From the NCBI GenBank assembly GCA_973895155.1, contig OZ316895.1, positions 19,482,803-19,546,802 on the forward strand: 64,000 bases of DNA. The letters are read 5' to 3'. Below are positions 25,246 to 38,300 of this stretch, one piece after another. Origin of the DNA: Marsupella aquatica (Eukaryota > Plantae > Marchantiophyta). Within the stretch, counting starts at the first letter, position 1, and each line of letters starts with the position of its first letter. A program made the position numbers and the translations under genes. Below the pieces are notes generated by a model. That model did not search any database. It had not been told where the DNA came from and saw only the letters and a program-made list of their open reading frames with translations.

Positions 25246-28200
25246 ACAGCTCAAACAACTTTTGGACAATAGGATAATACAGTGATACAACTGTGATTAC
25301 TGACCCGTACGGACAAGGAAATCCGAGGAAGCATAATCATTCATTTGTATTCATTCATGAACTTTACAATAATTCAGATGTTTGAGCTCTGTCATTGTGA
25401 AACTATTATATATTAGAAGTTTAGAGAATGATCCACCTAAGATGATTCAATTTAGCAGTCTACTGGTTGTATTCGTCAATTAAAGGATTCAGTGTAATGA
25501 GATTCACATAACATGAGAGTTTATATGATTAAATTCACAGCATGCAAGTTTGTAATGACTTACTTAAGACGATTCAGGTTGTATTTTAATTAGTGAGTTT
25601 GTATGATTCACACATATTTGAGTTTACAAACAAACCGCATTATGAAAACTGTGCTTAACAATCAAGAGAAATTTTAGCAAACCACAATCAACACCAGCAG
25701 AAAATGTAGAAATTACACCTGAATTCTGAAAAATTGATGTAATCGTCTGAGAGATTGACGTCCAAGCACTTGAACACCTTGCTGCGGCATTCCAAAAAGT
25801 AAATATAAGATTGAAGATATTAATATGCTAAGCAACAACAACACAGCTTCTATACTTCTATACATAGAGCTTCGCTGCCACCAATTGAATAACATGTGCT
25901 TAATGCTCAGGAGCTCATTATGTCGAGTTAAAAAGACTCTTTGAGAAGTACAATCAAAGTTGTGGATAGGCAAACTGAGCATGAATAAAAGCGCACTAAA
26001 CCTGAAGATTCAAAGAGGTGAAACAAACCTGAATGCTGAATGGAAGGAGCTAAAACAAGCTGCCAAAAAGTAGTTCGAGCTGCTGAAACACGTTGATCGA
26101 GCTGATATGAGCTTAAAATTGGCTGACACGAGCTGATACAAGCACTCCCAAAAAGCTAGCTGCAACGAACTAGCAAACTAGAAGTGAATACGAGCTGTAA
26201 ATGCGAGCTGCAATGCGCCGACAAGCACCTAACCACAACAAATGAGCTGCAACGACAAAAATGAAATCCAGGGCAGGAGCGAGAGCGAGAGTGAGAGCGA
26301 GAGCGAGAGCGATGAGAGCAGGCGCGCAAAAGTCTAGGGAGTGAGAAACAACAACAATGAACAATGAACTCGAGACCGTGGGCGCCGACACTAAGGAAGG
26401 ACTAATTAGGGTATTGTTTTAGCATAACCCTAATAACAGCCTAGCGACAGGAAGGTTCCAGATGATCTCCGTACACTCCACCATCGACTGAACAAACTAT
26501 GCAATCGTGAAAAAAAGATTACCGGATTCCTTTTGATTTTCCGTACTAAAGGAGATTTCTATTTGATGGCCAATTTGAAATTTAAACCGGTAATTATGCA
26601 ACTGCGAAAGATTGTTAGTGGGGACCCCCGGATCCGGATCCGGATGCGTATCTTCACAATATCTGCCAATTCAAATCCAAAATGTGAACGAACGACAACT
26701 TTCTCACGATCGTTCCATCACGTAGTGGAGGCAAACTTCAAAATCATTCCATTTTGGTAGTGGAGACCGTCGGATCCGGATCCGTACTCCACTCTCTATC
26801 TTGCCAATTCAAACCCTTACTCTAAACAACGTAAAATGATTCTCACGGTCGGGGAGAACCGATATTCAAAATCAATCCTGTACAATGATTCTCACGACTG
26901 GAGACTCAACCAATTTTCAAAATCAAAATCGAGTCCAGATGAACACATCCTCCATGGAGTCAATAGACTGATCTCATTGCTCACGGATCATTCTTCATTT
27001 TCAGTTTCTCCTGACCAGGATACTAGCTGGGCTCTCAGCGGAGGCTGATCCAAGGCACATTTGAGGTGGAGCAGATTGGATCATTCGACTATTCCAGTCG
27101 GAGGCGGAGCTCATTCAAGCAATGCTGGCGCAGTTCTTGTTGTATCACCTTCAATCTTGGGGAGAGCACATCCGATCAAGCGGGAGAGTTGTGACGAAGC
27201 GAGATGACAAACATTTAGAACCTCCATAGTCTGCCTCATTCATCAAAGCATTCTAGCGGACCAACAAAGAGCGGCTATTCTGAAATCACAGTCTGGTCGA
27301 GGATTTTGATCTTGATACGATCAACAAGTTGTCATTCTCTGGTGGTGGGATTCGATCACGATACTCAAGGAAATTGGAGTTCGAAGGAGGAGGCTTAGTT
27401 GGCTGGGACGAGGAGGGTACGCTGGAAGGAAGAGGCTTGGCTGGGAGGAGGGTTTCCGCCAACATCGGAGGGTTGCTGCCAACATTGCTGAGACCACATG
27501 TAGTTTGCCATAGAGAACCAAAAATCACATTTTAAAGTCTCTAAACTCGGTATTCGTTCCCTTTAAGAACAAGATGGGGTTGGTTTGATGTAATAAACTA
27601 AAAACAAAGCTTTAAGCTCTTGTGTCACACATAGTAATCAATCTTGACTACTTTAATCAGGTACTTTGAAGATCGCTCCACAGCGGTGAGTAGTTTTTGA
27701 TGATAACTCAACATCAGATAACCTTCAATTAAGCAAAAGATTGCAATTAACAAAACACAAGGAAAAATCTCTCAGAGTATGCTTAAGGGAGTCTGGAATA
27801 GACCAAGGTTACTCCTTAGACATAAGTAATAATGGAATGACTTTAAAGGGAATCCAAATCCACACGGCTTTTCAGATCTAAACTGCATACTAGAGTATCC
27901 TTTTAAAATGCCGGCAACATGTCTTGACCTTTCTTCCTAAGTGATACTTAGTCAAGATCTAAAAGGATAAATACTTCAGCATTTAGATGGTACTAAGCAA
28001 CATGAAGGTGAAAACATCATTTCCAATGCAACTTAAACTCAATGAGTTAACTCTAAGAACTTGTGAGATTACAATGTGTCACCAAAGCGGAATCTGACAT
28101 TATAATTCACGAGATTCATAACTGAGGTTTTACTTCAAGTATTTGGGTTCCAAAATACAAGAAGGAGGTAAGTCTCTCCAAATGTTAAACCTGATCTCGA

Positions 28201-28409
28201 ACTCATAGATTCATGATCAACTAGTTTAACACAAGGGAGAGGCAAAACTGCAAAACTTAACCATCTCTCTACACTAGGGGAAGAGGTATAAATAGTGATG
28301 AACTACAGAATAAGAGGTCACAGGGTCGAAGAGACATGCCTCTTCATAACCCTCAAAAAGTCAAAACGACGATTCAATAAGTGGAAAGCCGGAAAAAATG
28401 GCTAAGTAT

Positions 28410-28500
28410 GAACTCTTAAACTCTTAAAAACTTAAACTCTTAAAAACGTAAAAACTTAAACTCTTAAAAACGTAAAAACTTAAACTCTTAAACTCTTAAT
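28410..28500. repeat. AACTCTTA-type short tandem array
   Basis: aactcttaa / aaacttaa / aaacgtaa units. Confidence 0.8.
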
Positions 28501-28704
28501 TTCGGTATACTAAAAATTGAGTAGATTCAACTATTTTTAACTTTCTACTCCTGGTTCGGAAAACTCTGAAATTTTTCCAGCAGGGTTTCCTAGGTACAGA
28601 CTACAGCCTAAAGAAGTCTCATAGCTTTTAAAGCTCTACAACACATTTAGAAAAATTGGTAAAAGTACTATACTTTTCAATACTAGCTAAAAATATAGTC
28701 TCCT

Positions 28705-31101
28705 TCAAGCTTGTTGTCGAATATCATCGGGTTCGAGCAGCTCCACGTAGGTGACAGTCCGATTCTGTGTTACCTCCATCAGCTCAGTCTGACGTGGTGA
28801 TCCTCGAGAGTAGGGTAGGCACCTTAGTTGTCTCTCAGGATACATCAAAGGCATTCGCTTCATCAAATAACAGGAATTTATACGAAGAGCTTCTCTGTAT
28901 ATCCCTAGTACATCATAGTTGTTGCAGGTGGCAGCATATACTTGGGGATAGTGATGCAGAAACTCATCACTATTCATCATCCTGGAATAGAAGGGTCGAA
29001 GTCTCCATCTGACATCCTTAAAATATCGGTTGAAATGAGCCAGGGTCTGAGTAGTGACATTATTCCAGATCCTCTGTTTCTCAGCTAGGGAACTGGTGGA
29101 AACAAGGACAACCTTCGGCTCTCGTGGGATGTAAGAGTTCTGGTGAGAAGTGGATTTCTTACTCTGCATGAGAAAAGAAATCACAAAGTCCAGAGCGTAA
29201 GCTGCAAAATTCCCGAAATAGGCCAAAACCAAATCTGGATCTTCTACTTCTACATCCCCTTGAAGTAGCATCATAGCAAGGATGGGTCGGAAGTAGATTG
29301 AGTCAGCCCAGAACTCATCAAATTGAGCCATCTCCACTCTTGAAGTTCCGAAACTTCTGAGGTCAAATATGTAACTGGCCTCAGTCTTCTTAAGGTAGTA
29401 GTATCTCCAAAACTCTCCAATTGGGGGTCTGTTGGCCTGCATTATCTTACAAGTCTCCACGTACCTCTGCACTTGAGACTCTGGATGTCGTGTATATCTT
29501 TTCTCAATGACAGAATACCGGGGTGTTTGAGTAGAGGAGGTGACAACTGCCACTAAATTTGGATCAGATCTTAAGGTAGTGTCAACATCCTCAAATCCTT
29601 GCCTTGGTGACGACTCGACAGAGTTGTCATAAGATCGGATGGAATCAAAATCAGAGGGTGGATCAGAATCCTCAGGAAGATCCTGTCTAACAGAAGGATG
29701 TTCATACTGTGGTTGGGTATAAATAGGTCCCTCGGTTGGCTCATAATTGGAATCTGGACTATAAATGCAGTCACCCGGGTTGGAAGGGCCTTTGAATTCT
29801 GTGTACTTCGGAATTAAGTTACTAACCACAGAGATTATCTCCTCAGGTTCACACTGAAGCAATTCCAGTAGGTCAGTTACAATTGCAACACAACTTGTGT
29901 TTCCTATCCTTGAGACAGGTTCACTTGGCTCTGGAGGTAGATTCTGTGGGACAGTAGGAGTGAGAGCAACAAATTCTTCTGGTGCTGACCTCTCAATGGG
30001 AGAAGCGGTCCTGACAGGGGTTAGCTGATCTGGAAATGGAGAGGATAAGCTAACTGCCTCGGATCTCAAATCACAGACAACATCGTAGAGTTCAACATCA
30101 CTGCAACCGAAGAGAGAGATTAACTTATCAATAAGCTGCTGATTTGACTCTGCTTTCGAAAAAGGGGGCATGGTGACTCCTCGTATGGCAGTAATAGTTG
30201 GTTCAACAACGACTTCTTGTTGCTCAGGAAAAATCTCGTCTCCTTCAGCTTCAAGTTGATCTGCTCCACTGATTTCTCTTGGAGAGTATAAAATGACCTC
30301 CATGTTGTGTTCAGGGGGAAATTCCGAACCATCTATCGAGACATCCTCCATATTAACATCCTGATCAGTGGAATTCAGCAGAATGTCCTGTTCTGATTCT
30401 GCTACACTAATTTCTTCCTCAATGTCCAACTCGATCAGAAGTAATCCCCTTTCTGTTTTCTCCTCCGGATGTAAACAGTCATGTGCTTGATACAGCTGAG
30501 ATAGATAGACTTGTAGACAAGTAGGTCTGCCTGCCTTCATACTTCTCACCTGATCGTGCATCACATTGAAAAGTAACAACGCCCAATTTACTTGAATAGC
30601 TCCACTGTGAGAAGCTACGATAGTATTCGCCAATGCCACAGGGCAGATAGTTGGTCTCTTCGGATGGAGAATGGGCACTAGAAATTCTAAAAGAATCCTC
30701 AAATCCGGATAGGTACATTGTGTCACATTCCAGCCATTGGTAGGATGGCGAATCCCTGAAAAGTAAGGAGTGGACAAATCTTTTTTCTTTGAATATAATC
30801 CTTCTCCATCTAAGGGGCAGCGGAAGGCATGAGCTACTTGCTCAACTGTCCATAAACTTGGCCGAGCTCGAATGGTTTGTCGAAATTCAGGGGCAATCAG
30901 TGATCCTCTCACAAAATCCTGTAAATAAGAGTCGAGCTCCACATTCCAAGGGATTGCGAGTAGATGTTCCAATCCGAGCTGCTGTAACGATGTTCTCAAA
31001 TTTTCACAACTGTCGGGCGCCAAAGGAATTCGAGCGACCACACTCTTAGGAATTGCCAGAGTTTGAACACGATACTGTGCATCAGCGTTCAAGTCAGCCA
31101 T
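28705..31101 (-). CDS. 798-aa uninterrupted ORF of unknown function; N-terminus resembles TE-associated bryophyte hypothetical proteins
   Basis: LEFLVPILHPKRPT..ANTI..VNWALL..PTCLQVYLSQLY recalls, from memory only, a repetitive Marchantia hypothetical protein family. The middle is acidic and Pro-rich. Confidence 0.6.
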   Translation of the reverse strand: MADLNADAQYRVQTLAIPKSVVARIPLAPDSCENLRTSLQQLGLEHLLAIPWNVELDSYLQDFVRGSLIAPEFRQTIRARPSLWTVEQVAHAFRCPLDGEGLYSKKKDLSTPYFSGIRHPTNGWNVTQCTYPDLRILLEFLVPILHPKRPTICPVALANTIVASHSGAIQVNWALLLFNVMHDQVRSMKAGRPTCLQVYLSQLYQAHDCLHPEEKTERGLLLIELDIEEEISVAESEQDILLNSTDQDVNMEDVSIDGSEFPPEHNMEVILYSPREISGADQLEAEGDEIFPEQQEVVVEPTITAIRGVTMPPFSKAESNQQLIDKLISLFGCSDVELYDVVCDLRSEAVSLSSPFPDQLTPVRTASPIERSAPEEFVALTPTVPQNLPPEPSEPVSRIGNTSCVAIVTDLLELLQCEPEEIISVVSNLIPKYTEFKGPSNPGDCIYSPDSNYEPTEGPIYTQPQYEHPSVRQDLPEDSDPPSDFDSIRSYDNSVESSPRQGFEDVDTTLRSDPNLVAVVTSSTQTPRYSVIEKRYTRHPESQVQRYVETCKIMQANRPPIGEFWRYYYLKKTEASYIFDLRSFGTSRVEMAQFDEFWADSIYFRPILAMMLLQGDVEVEDPDLVLAYFGNFAAYALDFVISFLMQSKKSTSHQNSYIPREPKVVLVSTSSLAEKQRIWNNVTTQTLAHFNRYFKDVRWRLRPFYSRMMNSDEFLHHYPQVYAATCNNYDVLGIYREALRINSCYLMKRMPLMYPERQLRCLPYSRGSPRQTELMEVTQNRTVTYVELLEPDDIRQQA

Positions 31102-31304
31102 AGCTCAAATTCTGCTCACTGAGCTACGCGAAGAATTGTTTGGAGTCGAGAGCGATGAAAGATGCAGCGGAAGAGAAGTCAGGAGTGAGCGCCTATGTTC
31201 TGGATTCCTCCCCCTTCAAGGCCTGCTCCTCGTTTTGTTGCAAAGTCCCGTTGGAGTTAGCCGTAGCCTGTCACAATCGCGGGGCTCGCCAGTTCGCAAG
31301 TCGC

Positions 31305-31480
31305 AACTCTTAAAGTCGTAAAGTCTTAAAGTAGGGTTTACTCGTAAACCCTTAAACTCTTAAACTATTAAACACTTCAACTCTTCAACTCTTCAACTCT
31401 TAAACTATTAAAGTAGGGTTTACTCGTAAACCCATAAACTCTTAAACACTTCAACTCTTCAACTCTTAAACTCTTAATCT
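31305..31480. repeat. AACTCTT(C/A) short tandem array
   Basis: Same unit family as 28410-28500; the two arrays flank the 798-aa ORF. Confidence 0.8.
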
Positions 31481-31809
31481 TCGGCAGAGTTTAGTTTACT
31501 CGAGTTATCAGCAAATATAGTTTAACTACTTCAAAAATTTAAAAATTTTCCGGTTTTCTTCATGACTTTGGAATTACTGCCTATCTACACCACACGCAAC
31601 TAAATAACTTGTAAGTATCAATCAGCATGAATTCCACAATAAATGAGGAGAGTAGTTGCCTTAAATCACGCATTCAATGCATGAATTGAGTCAATGAAGT
31701 TATGGTCCAATTTCTCACTTTGATTTTGATCAATCCGTGTTTCAAGTCCAATACAGAAGCAATGTATCAGAAGTACTAGTAGAGGATCCGAATGAATTCT
31801 CTAGTCTAA

Positions 31810-32430
31810 ATGTTAGTTACCTATTTTTTGGTTACACATGTAGTTCGTCACGCGCACAGTCGCGTGAACCAATTTATCTCGTGTCTTTTGATAATGTTTA
31901 TTGTAGTCGAAAGCCTAGAGAATTGGCCAGAAATCTATTTTGAAACCGAGTTCTGATTCACGCGAGTCCCGGTCGCGTTAATGTTTTAGAGGTCAGCGAA
32001 AGCTCTGCACTCTTAGACGTAATCGCCCTTTATTTCTCATATCTTTCTGATCTCAACTTGTTAGTAGGATGACCTGTTTTTTGGGTTACACATGTAGTTC
32101 ATCACGCGCACAGTCGCGTGAACCAATTTATCTTGATATTGTTTATTGTAGTCGACTGCCCAGCAAATTGGCCAGAAATATATTTTAAAACCGAGGTCTT
32201 CGTTTCATCACGCGCCCGGTCGCGTTAATGTTTTAGAGGTCAGCGAAAGCTCTGCACTCTTAGACGTAATCGCCCTTTATTTCTCAGATCTGCCTGATCT
32301 CAACTTGTTAGTAGGATGACCTGTTTTTTGTTACACATGTAGGTCATCACGCGCACAGTCGCATGAACCAATTTATCTCAGGTCTTTTTGATATTATTTA
32401 TTATAGTCGACAGCCTAGCGAATTGTCAGT
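31810..32430. repeat. ~250-bp tandem repeat, about 2.5 copies
   Basis: gttacacatgtag.tc.tcacgcgcacagtcgc.tgaaccaatttatc at ~31830, ~32085 and ~32330. Confidence 0.85.
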
Positions 32431-32627
32431 CAGAGGAATCTCGATTTTTCCTTGATTGCAAAAATGGTTACATCGATCCCGAAGGACTTCGGATGTGGAA
32501 TCCATATCCACTAGCACTATCCAGGAATTTAAGCTACACAGTATCTATAACAAGTTCTAACTTGAACTACTCTTGAATCTGTAGTTCTAATCTTCGACTA
32601 CTCAAAATATTGTTGACTTCGATCGAG

Positions 32628-33170
32628 TCAGTCATTCCAAGATGAAGGCATCCACTCATCGGTGTCTGGTGTGGATTCCCTTGAATCCAGAAATTCTTCC
32701 TTTGCCCAAGTCCTAACGTCCATAGATTTTCTCGGCTTGCTCTTTCTGTAATACAAATCAGAATCTTTGTTCATCTCTAATTGCCTTTTCTTTGGTGCGT
32801 CCACTTTCTTGGCCTCCTTCTTGACTGTCTTAGCGTCTGCTGCTGCTTCCCCCAAAATGGATTCGATGCATGCTCTGGCCTTCAACTTCTCCCCCCTCGA
32901 AATGGATTCCACGAGGGCTTTGCCCTTTAACTTCTCCCCTGATGCCATCTTTGTAGTCATCTCTGTCGGATTGGTCTCCATCTGATCTTCCATCGACAAA
33001 TGTGGCGAACAATATCGTCTCTCACAAAACATTTGACCCGATTTAGTCACCGTAAACATTATATTACATCGCTGACACATTCTGTAAGGAGTACCCCGAA
33101 TTTGATACGTCGAACCTTCTGAATCGTCCGTCAAAACATCCTCATTCTTTGAGCTCAGCGGAGTAGTCAT
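32628..33170 (-). CDS. 180-aa hypothetical protein with a possible Cys4 zinc ribbon
   Basis: CQRC...CERRYC, followed by an internal duplication (GEKLK x2) and a basic/acidic tail. Confidence 0.5.
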   Translation of the reverse strand: MTTPLSSKNEDVLTDDSEGSTYQIRGTPYRMCQRCNIMFTVTKSGQMFCERRYCSPHLSMEDQMETNPTEMTTKMASGEKLKGKALVESISRGEKLKARACIESILGEAAADAKTVKKEAKKVDAPKKRQLEMNKDSDLYYRKSKPRKSMDVRTWAKEEFLDSRESTPDTDEWMPSSWND

Positions 33171-33404
33171 CGCCCTTCAAACAAGAGATGCTGACTGAGA
33201 CTAAGAATTGGAAATGAGAGAGTTGATGTGCGAATAGATTATCCAGTAGCCAGAAAGTGGAATGCGTGGGGGAATGAGCAATAGAGATCATCTCAATGCT
33301 TTATACTGTTTAGTCTCCACTAGTCATTGTACATAGTGGTTTCTAGAAGAGGGTGCGCGTTTGATTGGCGCGTATTAGAATTGGCGGGAAGTTCAGTTGT
33401 CCGG

Positions 33405-34160
33405 TGTCCACTCATTGGTAAACTGGTATGTCCACCCATTTTTCCTGAGTGGAGTTGAAATGATTGTTCGTAATCGATTGTAGTCGTTCTCATTCACTTG
33501 AAATGACTGACGGACCATGCATTATCTTTACCGGTATGTGTGATGCCTTTAGATCCGTAATTGTATCTTCCTGTCTCGCGCGCAATCGTATCTTACTTAT
33601 GAAGTACCAATTACGAGCTAGAGTTTGGGCCTAGCCTTCTAGCTTCTATGTCATAGACCATGTACCCTCTGACTAAGGTCACGCGACATGCCTTTAGATC
33701 CGTAATTGTATCTTCCTATCTCACACGCAATCGTATCTTACTTATGAAGTACCAAGTACGAGCTAGAGTTTGGGCCTAGCCTTCTAGCTTCTACGTCGTA
33801 GACCCTGTTATCCCTACACCCTCTGACTAAGGTCACGCGACTAGTCGCGTGCAGGGCAGTGCATTGACTACATTCTGCCTACTTATTGACGGTTGTGATA
33901 GGACAATGCAGTTCATAGACGTTTTACTGGCGCTTATTAGCACTACTGTCCTCAGTAGTTACTGACTGTCCACTCATTTGTTCTGAGTGGATGTGAAATG
34001 ATTGATCGTAATCGATTGTGGTCATTCTCATTCATTTGACATGACTGACGGACCATGCATAGTCTGTTGCCGGTATGTGTGGTACCTCTAGGGTCACGCG
34101 ACCAGTCGCGTGCAGCGTAGTGCATTGACTACATTCTGCTTATTGACCGACGTGACAGGA
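33405..34160. repeat. Duplicated blocks in the divergent spacer between cargo and transposase
   Basis: A ~145-bp tandem (atgcctttagatccgtaattg...) at 33543 and 33688; ctgagtgga..tgaaatgattg..cgtaatcgattg at 33445 and 33983; ggtcacgcgac.agtcgcgtgcag at 33831 and 34092. Confidence 0.8.
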
Positions 34161-34729
34161 CAGTGCAGTGAAATTGATGGACGTGACAAGACTATACGCT
34201 TACAATGATATTCTCTGATGTGCAAGGTCATAATTATTATGGTGACATCGACAGTCTGGATCAGGGAAGGCGGACAAGTAATTATAGGCATACGTGAGAA
34301 ACAGGTTGGAAAAGGTCGCGTGATAAGTCTTGATCCTTCCAGGGTTTGTCACAATGTTCCTCTTGGGGCGGACAAAGTTCTTCTTCTATTGGAGGAAGTT
34401 TTTGACGAGACCATTCTATGCGAAGATGGCGAACTTTTGAAGGACATGATTGGGGGTTACCTTGTATGGGAAAGGAATCAGCTTTTTCGAGCTCCCATGG
34501 AATCGGAGGATGTGTTTGGCACTGTTGGTGATGATCAAGATCCAGTCAATCAAAATTCTGATGGGAACAACCATAATGAGAGTCGGTCTGGTGTGGAAGT
34601 AGTTTTACCAAAGGCCTTGTGGATGGGCATGCCTGTAAAGGTGGTGGATGAGAACAAGTTGATATTTGCAGTGGCAACTATACATGTTCTAGATCCTATA
34701 GTCAAGCTTGGGGATGTCACCCTTGGGAA

Positions 34730-35150
34730 TGTTGAGCATAGACGACGATCGCAACGGCAAGCCCATGAACCATCCAACGCACAATAGTCGACACAAGAGA
34801 TACGTGGTTCACCTCCTTGAGGCTACGTCCACGGGAACACACAAGAGAGCTTTACTGAACTCTAAGCCCGTCGGCTATACCGAGTCTCCACAGTGTAAGC
34901 TCTCCCTATCTCTCAAGTGGCTCCATAACAATGAGCCTTGGTTCTACCTCTCCAAGCACACATGCCTCTTATGATATAGTGTGCAACTTAGTTGTACCTA
35001 ACCACATAGTTGTACCTAATCACGTAGTTGTACCTAACCACATAGTTGTACCTAATCACGTAGTTGTACCTAACCACGTAGTTGTACCAACCCACGTTGT
35101 TGTACCAACCACGTCATACCTAACCTAGACGTAAGAGTAAATACCCAACA
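34730..35150 (-). repeat. Copia 3' LTR with internal 18-bp tandem array
   Basis: gttgtacctaa(c/t)cac(a/g)ta occurs ~7 times. Confidence 0.95.
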
Positions 35151-35341
35151 ATCTTCCCCTTGACTCTGGTCTAGGGGAGAGTAATACTGCCAATGTATAT
35201 GATCCCTCAGCGGGAAGTTCTGGACAGAAACCAAACCGGTTTCCCTCTCTAACTAGAGCAAACCAGAACTAAGCCGTAGCCTAATACATAGGAATGAGGA
35301 AGAGCATATATCAGTAATTACAATGAATGTTTAAGAAAACT

Positions 35342-38300
35342 CTACTTGTGATGCAATTGCAAAACCTGCAATACGTCACGGTGTCTAGAGAAACTCTCCA
35401 AAGGAATCACTTTGGTAAATGCGTCAGCCGGGTTGAGTTTACCATCAATCTTGACTAGCTCAAACAAATTATCAGACACAGCCTGCCTGATAAAATGGTA
35501 CCTGACGTCAATGTGCTTCACTCTGCTGTCCATCACCTGGTTCACAGCAAGGTGGAGCGCACTTTGACTATCACAATGGAGCTTCACATTCCCCTGTGGC
35601 AATCCCATTTCAGTGATAAGTCTATCCAACCAAATCGCTTCCTTTGCTGCTTCTACAGCTGCAACATACTCCGCTTCTGTAGTAGACTGAGCAATACACT
35701 TCTGCAAAGTAGATCTCCAACTTATGCATCCACCGCCAAGTGTGAACACGTATCCTGTTGTTGATCTCCTTCGGTCCAAATCTTGTCCATAGTCAGAATC
35801 TACATAGCCAATCAATGATCTAGCATTCTTTGCATTCGCATCAAATAAAAGACCATGATCCACGGTACCCTTCAAGTACCTGATAATCCACTTCACTGCT
35901 TCCCAGTGTACCTTCCCTGGATTCGACATGTACCTGCTCACCTTGCCCATAGCCATGGCAAGATCAGGTCTAGTGCAAGTCATCAAATACATGAGACTCC
36001 CCACTGCCTTGTCATATGGAACCTTTGACATCAACCCCTTCTCTGTGTCATCCGTAGGACAGAACGCTGATGATAACTTGAAGTGTGGAGCCAACGGGGT
36101 ACTTACTGGCTTGCTATTCTCCATGTTGAACCTTGCAATTACCTTCCTCGCATAACTGCTCTGCGTCAACCATAGCTTGCCAGCCTCCAAGTCCCTAGTG
36201 ATCTCCATACCCAAAATCCTCTTAGCTGGCCCTAAGTCCTTCATCTTAAACTCTGCACTAAGCAGTGCCTTGAGCTTAACAATCTCAGACCTATCCTTGG
36301 CTGCAATTAGCATGTCATCCACATAAAGTACTAAAACAATGAACCCAAAGACAACATTCTTCACCGGTTTTAAATACACACAAGGGTCAAATACACTTCT
36401 GTGAAAACCTTGTGACCGAATCCAATCGTCAAACCGCTTGTTCCACTGTCTTGGTGACTGCTTCAACCCATACAAGGATTTCAGCAATCTGCAAACCAAT
36501 TCCTCCTGTCCTCTCTTCACAAAACCTAGCGGTTGTCTCATGAAGATCACCTCTTCCAATGTGCCATAGAGGAAAGCTGTGACAACATCCATCTGATCTA
36601 GGAGCAGACCAAACATTACAACAAGTACACACAATAGTCGTATTGTAGAGTACTTAGCAACTGGTGAGAAGACCTCATTGTAATCCACACCTTTCTCTTG
36701 TGTGAATCCCTTTGCTACCAATCTAGCCTTGTAGACCTTCGATCCACCTCCTATGGAATTATCCTTCAGCTTGTAAATCCACTTGCTGTCCACCACTTGC
36801 TGACCCTTAGGCAGCTTAACAAGCTCCCAAGTTTTGTTGTCCTTTAGTGACTGCATCTCCGTTTGCATTGCTGCAGTCCACTTCTGCTTCTCTTTTGAAG
36901 CACTTGCCTCATGAAATGAAGAAGGTTCTCCTTCTTCCAAAATTAACGCATCACCCTCATCATCAGCTGTAAAATCATCCTCTTGCAGTTGAGATGAATC
37001 AACCCACTGTCCATACCTTGATGGAGCGCGTACAGTGCGACCAGATGTTCTTCTAGCCGATGACTCCGGTTGATCTGCGTGTGCTGGTACAATTTGAAGC
37101 TCAACAGCATCCACTTGTTGCTCACCAGCATCAACAAACTCCTCTGGTTCCTCTGGCACAGGAACCAGCTCCATAATTGGAGCAACTCCTTCTCTCCGGT
37201 CATGCACCTCATAACCAATCTCCCCCTCAACGAGATCCGGGATAGGAGATTTTCCTTTGTCAGTACGGGAGACCTGAGTATTCTCCCCCTCCTTCAATAA
37301 TCTGGATTCATTGAAGGAAACATCCCTACTAACAACGAGCTTATAGGCAATAGGATCCCATAGCCTATAGGCTTTCACACCACTCTGGTACCCAAGAAAA
37401 ACACATTTCCTGGAGGTAGGATCCAACTTGGTCCTATTCTGCTTTGGTGTGAGAGCATATGCATCACTTCCAAAAACTACCAAGCCATGATAGTCTGCTT
37501 GCCGCTTATAGCGCATCTCAAACGGCGTTTTGAAATTGATAGCACTAGAAGGAGAAAGATTTACCAAATAAGCTGCGGTATTGACAGCTTCTGCCCAAAA
37601 TTCTTGTGGTAAACCTGATTGGCTCAACATACTCCGTGACCGCTCCAACAGTGTCCGATTGAGCCTCTCAGCGACACCATTCTGCTGCGGAGTATAAACT
37701 GTGGTGAGATGGCGAGTTATCCCCTGTTCTGAACAGTACTCTTCAAATTCCATTGAAGTGTACTCCCCGCCGTTGTCTGACCTCAGACTCTTCACCCTTG
37801 TATCCAAACACTTGATCGTGTTTCCAGTCTGATTCTCCACCTGGGCCTTCCACTTCTTAAAAATGGACAAGACATCAGACTTATGCGTCATGAAATAAAT
37901 CCACACAAATCTTGAGTAATCATCAATAAATGATACATAGTACAACTTTCCAGAGTGTGAGGGAGTCGGGGATGGACCCCACACGTCACTATGTATGTAC
38001 TCAAGAACCGCTTTGGAACGATGAGTTCCAACACCAAAAGCACGACGATGCTGCTTTCCAAGAATGCAATGCTCACAAAACTCTAATTTACAAGATTGCA
38101 AATCAGAAATGAGTCCATTCTTCCGTAAGATAGCCAAACCCTTCTCACTCATGTGGCCTAGCCGTGAATGCCACAGTTGAGTCATCTCCTCGTGAGACTT
38201 GGTTACATTGGCCTCTCCACATACAGTATTGCCCTGTAACACATACAAATTCTTTTGTCTACTCCCCTTCAAAATCACTGTCTCTCCCGACCTGACTTGA

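Noticed and set aside
14106-33170. Endogenous giant-virus or Polinton origin for the compact gene cluster
   Set aside because: No capsid, packaging ATPase or polB motifs were seen; spliceosomal introns, TIR/TSD and a DDD transposase explain it better.
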